From assembly GCA_029262815.1 (NCBI GenBank), contig JAJCYS010000029.1:9837-73836 (forward strand): a stretch of 64,000 nt of DNA. Reading direction: 5' to 3'. Shown piece after piece: positions 56,773 through 64,000 of this stretch. The notes beneath the pieces are model-generated. The model had not been told where the DNA came from and ran no database searches. It was given only the letters and a program-made list of their open reading frames with translations. Position 1 is the stretch's first letter, and each line of letters begins with the position of its first letter. Made by a program: the position numbers and the translations under genes. Source of the DNA: Deltaproteobacteria bacterium (lineage in GTDB: Bacteria; Bdellovibrionota; JAJCYS01).

Positions 56773-59355
56773 ATGCGGGGGATTTTGACTACTCTAGTTT
56801 GCCTGTGGGGGTGCGTAACCTGGGGTTCAGAATGTAAGAACCCTGAAAACGTTGAAACATGGACTTCAGACCATTTAGAGTGGCAGCTTGATTCTAAATG
56901 GGCCGAAGAAAAATCGACTAAAGTCAATGAACTATTGAGTCTAAAGAAAATTAATTCGCAGGATTGGTATCACTTTCTCAAAAGCAGCACGACCGAGTTA
57001 GCTGATTTAATTGACGAAATTTGTGGGTCAAAAAAAATCCGTAGGATCAAAAGTCGTATCAAAACCCATGTGGGCAGAGGATGGTTGGGTCGATTTTTTT
57101 TAGGGGACCGGCTGATTGTGCTACCTCAAAAGATTCAAAATAAAAAACATCTTGCAGAGGTGCTCATCCGTTTGACGGAATTAGCACGCGAACGAAAAAT
57201 TCAACTGATGCGAGAGCCGTTAAAAAAAACGTTCATCCCATTCTTCTTTGTTAAGGAAGCTGAAAAAGTACGACGTGACATTGAGTACATGGAGAAGCGC
57301 TATATGGTTCGTGATGTGGAGTTGTTAATATTTTTTGCAGCGGCAAAGATTTCGGCGCCCAAGCGCATTTGGCCTGAAACGCCTACGGCACCCTTAGAGA
57401 ACATCCTGGGTGGACAAGTGATCAAACCCAGCCAGTTAGATTCCCTTATGAATAATCAGATGATAAAACTTCCTGGTTTTTTTGAATCTGCGATAAAAGG
57501 TCAACATTGGGCGAACTATGGTAAAACGCATTGGGCGTCTTTAATACTTTGGACGTTATTTTATGCAGTACCGATAGAAGATGAAGATCCCACCGATTTT
57601 GGAAATGTGGGTGATGGATCCATCTATCATGCAGCAGAAATAGAAGAACAAGATGAAACGTTCCAGGATCATCCTCAAAAAGCTGTGATTGTTGATGTGA
57701 AATTATCTCAAGATGAGCTTTTAAAGATTCAAATTGGAACATATGACACGGCGGGTGACTATCTAACAGTCAATCAAACCAACCTAAATCGATATACGGT
57801 TTATGTTGCGAAAGTATTACAGGTCAGATTCCGTGGCGAAACAGTCTTTGAACGTTATGCTCGTGCTGCGCACAATCGAACCTTGAGTTTTAAATTAGGC
57901 AAACAGTTTCTCTGGATGCTCTTTGACCCAAAGCTACGGGAATACGGATTGAGTTTTACAAATTTCATGCTTCACAAATGGACGCCTGAGAAATTTAAAA
58001 AATTGATAGAGAAACAGGATGTGGCTTACATTCCTTCGTTTATGAAAGGCGAGGCTAAACAGAATCTTGAGAAGTTGCAGTCTTTAGTTCGCAGTGGAGA
58101 CGCAAAAGCGCAGGAATTATTCAACCTTCTGTATTCAAGGTATGCCGAAGTCACGAATCAACCCGTATTTAATGTCGTGTATCTTGCAATGATGGAGGAT
58201 CAGGATTTATTTGAAAAGAGTAAAAGTAGACAATCTTTAGTACGGATTGGGAAAATTATTTTAAGTACGGTTGTAGCATCAAAAGCGCAAGCTTTTGCCA
58301 AACTACAAACCCGAATGGGATGGGTCAGCTCAAGTACGGCACTGGCTACATTTGGGGGAACTTACTACGCGGCAACAACCCTTGAGGATATCTTAACGCA
58401 TACGAATTTAAGTACATTTTGGGCGCAAGAGGCCCGTTTATTAGGACGAGAGACGGAGTACGATGTATTTATCAAACGGTTGGATGCTGTATACACCGAT
58501 AAAACACTTTCTGATTTACCGCTAGTTCACTTTTTAAAAGAAATCGATCCCATTATTCGTATGCCTAACTTATTGATCCGAGGGCGTTTGTTTTCTTATC
58601 TACAAAAATCTGATGTTAAAAAACGAATTGCAACATGTTTGGGTGAACCTGGATTGTTTGTTTCAGAAGAAAAACAGTTAAAAGATTCAGAGCAGTTTCT
58701 TAACAAAGCATTCACATATCCCATGATGTGTGAGCTGTACGTGCTAGCTACCCATGGGGTCAAGTCGCCTATCAAAACCTTAGTCATTAAAAAAGGCATT
58801 GAAGGAGAGGTGCACCCCAACTCTCATGCAAGGGTCTCTGTTCTGGGTCAAACACATCAAGGTACGTTTGTGTTTACACCACGTACAGGATGGCCTAACC
58901 ATGTATCGGTCTATGTACTGGGCAGTTTGCTTTGGATGACCATATTGGACCAGTACGTGAAAGACGTATCCTATTATCCAACGGCTGAGCTTTTTGAGCA
59001 GGCATGTTTGTGGCATGTGTATATGGCTATGAAAGTTCAAACATTTATGATGATGCACGTTGAAGGAAAAACCAAATCCAGCATTGTATTATGGTCGACT
59101 TCAAGAGAGGAAGTTCAAAATCGAGCAAAGAATGACAAAGCTGTCAAAGTGATAGCTGATCGTGCATTGAATAACTTTAATAGTGTCCAAGGGATCACCT
59201 TAAAATCCCATTTGTTACAACAGTCCCAGTACGGAAGCCAGGTTGATGCGTATTGGTTATATGCATTGCGTCCTTTCCCCTTAGCCCATATTTTTAAATC
59301 TTTGAAACAAGTCTATGGTCCTGGATATAGAAAGTACTACCTTAAATACTATTAG
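56773..59355 (+). CDS. Large hypothetical secreted protein (860 aa).
   Basis: Signal peptide MRGILTTLVCLWGCVTWGSEC. Long ORF. Confidence 0.55.
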   Translation: MRGILTTLVCLWGCVTWGSECKNPENVETWTSDHLEWQLDSKWAEEKSTKVNELLSLKKINSQDWYHFLKSSTTELADLIDEICGSKKIRRIKSRIKTHVGRGWLGRFFLGDRLIVLPQKIQNKKHLAEVLIRLTELARERKIQLMREPLKKTFIPFFFVKEAEKVRRDIEYMEKRYMVRDVELLIFFAAAKISAPKRIWPETPTAPLENILGGQVIKPSQLDSLMNNQMIKLPGFFESAIKGQHWANYGKTHWASLILWTLFYAVPIEDEDPTDFGNVGDGSIYHAAEIEEQDETFQDHPQKAVIVDVKLSQDELLKIQIGTYDTAGDYLTVNQTNLNRYTVYVAKVLQVRFRGETVFERYARAAHNRTLSFKLGKQFLWMLFDPKLREYGLSFTNFMLHKWTPEKFKKLIEKQDVAYIPSFMKGEAKQNLEKLQSLVRSGDAKAQELFNLLYSRYAEVTNQPVFNVVYLAMMEDQDLFEKSKSRQSLVRIGKIILSTVVASKAQAFAKLQTRMGWVSSSTALATFGGTYYAATTLEDILTHTNLSTFWAQEARLLGRETEYDVFIKRLDAVYTDKTLSDLPLVHFLKEIDPIIRMPNLLIRGRLFSYLQKSDVKKRIATCLGEPGLFVSEEKQLKDSEQFLNKAFTYPMMCELYVLATHGVKSPIKTLVIKKGIEGEVHPNSHARVSVLGQTHQGTFVFTPRTGWPNHVSVYVLGSLLWMTILDQYVKDVSYYPTAELFEQACLWHVYMAMKVQTFMMMHVEGKTKSSIVLWSTSREEVQNRAKNDKAVKVIADRALNNFNSVQGITLKSHLLQQSQYGSQVDAYWLYALRPFPLAHIFKSLKQVYGPGYRKYYLKYY

Positions 59356-59364
59356 GATACGTCC

Positions 59365-60408
59365 TTGCTCGTACTTTGTACTTACAAAGTATTTGTGATA
59401 AAAAGAGATGTGGGAAGGTTACTTAACCTTTATCTATGTTTGTATATTTTTGGATGGTCGACTTTCTCAATAGCCGCATGTGAACTTCAAACCCGTGTTT
59501 TAGCTCATGTAGGTAACGCTGTACAAATAAATGGCGTAGAGCATTTAATTAATGCCAAGCGATTTCAAGAAGCTATTTGGCTTTTGTATTCCCGCGACCG
59601 AAAAGCGGCACGCGCACTTGAAAATTTCTTGGAAGAGTATCTTAGCCGTGCAGAAATGGAGAGCCTTCCCGCAGAAGTTGTAAAAATTGGGGATACACGA
59701 GTTCCAATTGAGACGACGGTCGATGGCGTCAGAATTCTTTCTTACACGGGTGGGCAATTGGGTGAAGCAGCTGCCTTTAAACTGAGTCAACTTTGGGAGC
59801 TTGATTTTGTGCCGGTGTCTGCCGTTTCGAAAAACGACCCAACTGTTGTGCGCCAATTGTGGGTTGAGGGTGAGCCTACTCTTTTATCTAATAGTCCAAA
59901 ATATCAACGTGCTAAATCCCAGAAGGGTGGGTTGGGGTTTGTGAAGCGGGTGATTCTTGGATTTTTCGTAAAATCGTTCTACACACTGACTGATCAGGAT
60001 ATACCTCAAGATTTAAGTTATTTTGATTGGCGGATCCAAAATCGAACGCGAAGTGATTTAACAATTTATTCTGTGAACATTCCAACTTTGGGTGTTATGC
60101 GGTATTCACTTCTGCATCGTGACCTTTTTTATACACGAAACGCGATGAAAAATAATTACAGCTTGATGTTGTCTACAGCATCTTATGAGGATGTGATGTA
60201 CATTTTGGGTGTTAACAAGGTAGATCCTTCAGATACGCTCAGTCATAGATTAGGTAATATTTCTGAACAGGAATATGAATCGGTACTTTTTCCGTATGTG
60301 AAAACACATCAAATTGAAGAGTTTATAAACGAAGCTTGGCATGATGTGGATATTGAAACGTTGTATAAGCAAGTAGATATTCAGTATTCAGGCTACGGGC
60401 CAGAGTGA
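59365..60408 (+). CDS. Hypothetical protein.
   Basis: ORF immediately downstream of the previous gene, with an N-terminal hydrophobic stretch. Confidence 0.5.
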   Translation: MLVLCTYKVFVIKRDVGRLLNLYLCLYIFGWSTFSIAACELQTRVLAHVGNAVQINGVEHLINAKRFQEAIWLLYSRDRKAARALENFLEEYLSRAEMESLPAEVVKIGDTRVPIETTVDGVRILSYTGGQLGEAAAFKLSQLWELDFVPVSAVSKNDPTVVRQLWVEGEPTLLSNSPKYQRAKSQKGGLGFVKRVILGFFVKSFYTLTDQDIPQDLSYFDWRIQNRTRSDLTIYSVNIPTLGVMRYSLLHRDLFYTRNAMKNNYSLMLSTASYEDVMYILGVNKVDPSDTLSHRLGNISEQEYESVLFPYVKTHQIEEFINEAWHDVDIETLYKQVDIQYSGYGPE

Positions 60409-60413
60409 TAATC

Positions 60414-62573
60414 TTAGAGCCACAGACTGGCTAGTGAGAAGGTTGCCCATGCACTGACGTAAGCAAGAAGGGTCATGCCGCTAAAGACGCTCACAGGTAA
60501 TACCCAGGAATTGGCTTCACGTCGAAGCACGGCTAATGTAGACATGCACTGCATAGCAAATGCAAAAAACACAAGCAGGCTTAACACCGTGGGGATGGTG
60601 TAAATTGGATTGCCGTCAGCCCAGGTATCTGAATGCATGGCCGATCGCAGGGAGTGCGATTCTTCATCTACATCTCCTAAGCTGTAAATCGTGCCAAGTG
60701 TCCCGATGATCACTTCACGTGCTGCGAAAGCACTGATGAGGCCTATTCCAATTTTCCAATCAAACCCCAGGGGCTTGATTACAGGCTCAATCACAGTACC
60801 GAGTTGTCCTAGATAACTGCTCTTTAACAAAGTGCCTTGGATAGTTGCCTCAGACGCACCTTGCGTAATGAGTGTGTGCTTCAGTGGTTCGTTGCGTGGG
60901 AATGTACCTAAAAACCAAAGCACCATTGAGCAGACAAGAATGACTTTCCCCGCTTTGAATATAAATACTTTGGATCGGAGTTTTAAAACCATACCCAAAG
61001 TTTTTAAACTGGGACGTCGGTATAATGGCATAGGCACAGCCGGTGGTTTTGGGTAGGTTGGATTCGGTAAAATATGTTTCAGGCAAAATGAAAGTGCCAG
61101 CGCGCCGACAATGCCCAGTACATAAAGACTGAAGAACAAAAGGCCCTGAAGATTCAAAAACCCAAACACAGTGATACCCGGAATAAAAGTTGCAATCAGA
61201 AGTGCATACACGGGGAGTCGTGCACTGCAGGTCATCATCGGGGATAAGATCATCGTGATGAGTCGGACTCTGTTATTAGAAATGTGCCGTGTAGCCATGA
61301 TGCCTGGTATCGCACATGCAAACGATGAAAGTAATGGAATAAAGGATTGGCCGGACAGCCCAACACGCTGAAAAAATCGATTCACAAGTGCTGATGCCCT
61401 GGGTAAATAACCTGAGTCTTCTAACACGGTGATGAAAGCAAACAAGATTAGGATTTGGGGCAAGAAGACAAGAAAATTGCCAATACCCCCTATGACTCCA
61501 GAGTGGATAAAACTTCTGAGCAGTCCCTCTGGGATTAGGTACGTGACAGCAGCCTGTACATGACCCATGAGAAACTCAACGCCTTCCATGAGAGGTGCTG
61601 CCCACGTATAAACAGACTGAAACATGAACGCCATGATGCCTAGAAACACTAGAGTGCCATAAATAGGATGCATCAACCATCGGTCAATCGCAGCCGTTCG
61701 ATCATGTGCTGAACGTGTATTGCTCTGGGTCTGTTTTAAGACTTTTGTTTTTGTTTGCTCGGCCCAATGAACGTGTGCCGCATTGATATCTTGCCACTGT
61801 ACTTTTTTGACTTCATCTTCAAGCGCATCCAGGTTAAGTACTTTTAAAGAAAAGGGAAACCGACTTGCATTGAGCGTCCCACACTGACCCAACTCTTCAA
61901 TGACACGTTTGGCCCAGTAGGTCGCATGTTGTGCAACTGTTTCGGGGGTTTGGCGCGCTATGGCTTGAGCCGTTTTTTGAATGAGGTTTTGGAGAGTGGG
62001 TTCGAAGTTAGGATTATAACAAGGCTTTAAGTAGTATCCTTTTTCATCAACTAGATTTTTAAGTAAATCACTAAGTCCATGTTTTTTCGTAGCCACGGTA
62101 CCCACAACGGGTACGCCTAAATGAGAAGCAAGATGCTCAAGATCGACGCTCTGTCCTGATGCGTGAACTGTATCTAACATATTGACAACAACAATGACAG
62201 GCATGTGGATGTCACGAAATTGTGATAGTAAGTACAGTCCGTCTTCTAAGCAGCTGCCATCGAGTATGAGTAATACGGTCTCGGGTGTGCCGCACTGAGA
62301 CATGCCAAACAGATAATTCGTTGCGATCATTTCGTCTACACTGCTGGGTGAAAAACTGCGAAGCCCAGGTAAATCGACAATGACGAAATGGCCGTCTGGT
62401 GTTTTGAGATGCCCCTCGAATTTTTCTACGGTTACACCTGGGAAATTAGTGGCTTTTTGCCTAGCTCCCGTGAGCGCGTTAAATAAGGTGCTTTTGCCAG
62501 CATTTGGTCTGCCCGCTAAAGCCACAATTCGTGGGTTCGGTTCATTAATTTTTTGTGTTTCGTTTCTCATCAA
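60414..62573 (-). CDS. feoB: Ferrous iron transporter FeoB.
   Basis: The N-terminal G-domain VALAGRPNAGKSTLFNALTG...DLPG, followed by a polytopic membrane domain. Confidence 0.85.
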   Translation of the reverse strand: MMRNETQKINEPNPRIVALAGRPNAGKSTLFNALTGARQKATNFPGVTVEKFEGHLKTPDGHFVIVDLPGLRSFSPSSVDEMIATNYLFGMSQCGTPETVLLILDGSCLEDGLYLLSQFRDIHMPVIVVVNMLDTVHASGQSVDLEHLASHLGVPVVGTVATKKHGLSDLLKNLVDEKGYYLKPCYNPNFEPTLQNLIQKTAQAIARQTPETVAQHATYWAKRVIEELGQCGTLNASRFPFSLKVLNLDALEDEVKKVQWQDINAAHVHWAEQTKTKVLKQTQSNTRSAHDRTAAIDRWLMHPIYGTLVFLGIMAFMFQSVYTWAAPLMEGVEFLMGHVQAAVTYLIPEGLLRSFIHSGVIGGIGNFLVFLPQILILFAFITVLEDSGYLPRASALVNRFFQRVGLSGQSFIPLLSSFACAIPGIMATRHISNNRVRLITMILSPMMTCSARLPVYALLIATFIPGITVFGFLNLQGLLFFSLYVLGIVGALALSFCLKHILPNPTYPKPPAVPMPLYRRPSLKTLGMVLKLRSKVFIFKAGKVILVCSMVLWFLGTFPRNEPLKHTLITQGASEATIQGTLLKSSYLGQLGTVIEPVIKPLGFDWKIGIGLISAFAAREVIIGTLGTIYSLGDVDEESHSLRSAMHSDTWADGNPIYTIPTVLSLLVFFAFAMQCMSTLAVLRREANSWVLPVSVFSGMTLLAYVSAWATFSLASLWL

Positions 62574-62674
62574 ATTAGTACGTAACAGGGACGGCTTTTA
62601 TTAGGATTAAATTACGACATTTTTTTACGTGTTTAAAGAACTTTTTTGCTTTTACATGGGAGGATACTAAGACG

Positions 62675-62850
62675 AGTTCTCACGAGGGATTCTACTGCGG
62701 AATAGATCTTTTGGCCAACGACTTCGTCGATTTTCATGAAAAAATCCTCGATGTAGCGCTACTACACCTGCGGTTTCTCCACTCAATCTCCTCGTTTCGG
62801 CTCAAAATCTCAATTTCCTCGCAACGAATCCCTTATGAGGACACGTCCTA
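62675..62850 (-). mobile_element. MITE-like element, family B, copy 2 (reverse orientation, left TIR partly degenerate).
   Basis: Reverse-complement alignment to 42270..42455 along its whole length, for example cgattttcatgaaa(a/g)aatcctcgatgtagcgctactacacctgcggttt. It lies in the divergent region between feoB and the 62926 ORF. Confidence 0.7.
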
Positions 62851-62925
62851 AAAAAGAGGGGGTAGATACTCAAACTTTTGAAAAGAGTACTGGTTTTTGA
62901 ATCAGGGCCTTGTTAGGTTTGGGGC

Positions 62926-63633
62926 ATGTTATCTCCTGAATTGTTGCTACCACACTATTTACCTTCTTTACGGACTTCGCCCACGGATCGCCTGGTATTG
63001 GGGTTTAGCTATGAGCAATCAAAGGCGTTGAACAGCCTCAAAAAGTGGGGGCAGGTGGACCCAATTGCCTACCGTCGCCCCGTAAGTCTCTACCATGTTC
63101 GACCCAATACGGATGAGTACGCTCCACTTCTAGTCGGATTCATGCATGGATTCGGGTTTCAAACGCTTTGGGTCTTATTGTCTGAGTTTCAGGCTTGGGG
63201 CATACGGTCGGTTGTTCTGACAGGGTTTGGAGGGCACACATTCAAGGCGCCTAAGGGTCAAGGATATTGGATTTCAAAGGCTTATAAACAAATTTCAAAC
63301 ACAGAAATTTCATCCGATGCAGTCAAACCTCAAACGCCTGTTACAAAACATCCTTTGGGTCGTGCTGAAGTCTCATGCGTCTCAACCTTTTCACCTTATG
63401 AATCTCAGTTGGATTTATCTCCGGTTATCGATATTGAGTATATAGTCGATATGGAAGTGGCATGGTTTTTTGAGCGATGTAATGCATTATCGTTGGCCTG
63501 CGGGGCAGTTCTCAGGGCATATGATTTTCTAGGGAGCCGTGCATATAAACCGAATGTGCACACGCCTCTTGATGTAAAAAATGATTTAGAACATTTACTA
63601 CATCAAATGATGACACTAGAACCGGTCTCATAA
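62926..63633 (+). CDS. Nucleoside phosphorylase-superfamily-like protein (possibly MTA/futalosine nucleosidase-like).
   Basis: VVLTGFGG and VDMEVAWFFERC resemble the PNP_UDP_1 glycine-rich and (E)ME(x)AA motifs. The last four codons and the stop lie in the family A TIR. Confidence 0.4.
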   Translation: MLSPELLLPHYLPSLRTSPTDRLVLGFSYEQSKALNSLKKWGQVDPIAYRRPVSLYHVRPNTDEYAPLLVGFMHGFGFQTLWVLLSEFQAWGIRSVVLTGFGGHTFKAPKGQGYWISKAYKQISNTEISSDAVKPQTPVTKHPLGRAEVSCVSTFSPYESQLDLSPVIDIEYIVDMEVAWFFERCNALSLACGAVLRAYDFLGSRAYKPNVHTPLDVKNDLEHLLHQMMTLEPVS

Positions 63634-63800
63634 ATAACTTCGTAATGAGATCGAGCGAAATCTGTAGCCTCAAGGCCGCAGGTGAAAAATGCTCGGAGGT
63701 GGCCTCATTGGCCACCCGAGAACATTTTTTACCGAGAACGACGAGGCTGGGCAGATTGCAGCTGATCGGAATAGAAGTTATTTATGAGACCGGTTCTAAC
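63619..63800 (+). mobile_element. MITE-like element, family A, copy 2 (~182 bp with perfect 20-bp TIRs).
   Basis: gaaccggtctcataaataac pairs with gttatttatgagaccggttc. About 94% identical to 45779..45955. Confidence 0.8.
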
Positions 63801-64000
63801 TTCAGAAGAGGGCTAGGGTTTTATGTGTGCACTCTTTTACTGGCATCCGTGTGAGGCTGGGAGAATGCGTCACATTGCCACAAAGTGCTCAAGTATGTTG
63901 TAAGCCATTCATAATGGGCAATGAGCGCCCCAAACGCTTCAGGGGTTAATTTATTCAGTAAGAGTAGGGTCATGGGTGTAGGCAAGAGTAAGTCGATATG

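Noticed and set aside
1-64000. CRISPR arrays, rRNA and tRNA genes.
   Set aside because: I scanned the intergenic regions for regularly spaced direct repeats and cloverleaf-sized conserved blocks and found none. The only repeats are the protein-coding TTVPGLE array and the two MITE-like families.

Overview
This 64-kb window appears to be bacterial chromosome of moderate-to-low GC (about 40% by eye). It is tightly packed with genes on both strands and has the character of an accessory or envelope region.

An unusually high fraction of the coding sequences are signal-peptide or lipoprotein proteins with no recognisable family. Among these are an 1888-aa secreted giant and a lipoprotein built from 15-aa TTVPGLE repeats. 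Recognisable housekeeping and metabolic genes are scattered through the window. These include YjbQ, MurJ, a PepD-like M20 peptidase, GalE, a GT4 glycosyltransferase, a LysE exporter, a PduO-type cobalamin adenosyltransferase overlapping a class II HMG-CoA reductase, Cmk with dCMP deaminase, FeoB, Ppx/GppA, a GH5 hydrolase and two alpha/beta hydrolases.

I found no rRNA, tRNA or CRISPR.

The most striking unannotated structure is two distinct families of ~180-bp MITE-like elements with terminal inverted repeats. Each is present twice, and twice in the order family B then family A. Their termini donate stop codons or C-terminal residues to flanking genes. One copy sits in the feoB promoter region and one in the promoter region of a beta-propeller/di-haem cytochrome c peroxidase gene.

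The second notable module is a pair of paralogous lipoproteins, each a YVTN beta-propeller fused to a di-haem CCP/MauG-like domain. They flank a Ppx/GppA phosphatase and a methyltransferase-like gene.

The lineage is inferred only. The mevalonate-pathway HMGR, the low GC and the large secreted or lipoprotein hypothetical repertoire would fit a Bacteriovorax/Halobacteriovorax-like predatory bacterium, but this is not proven from the sequence alone.
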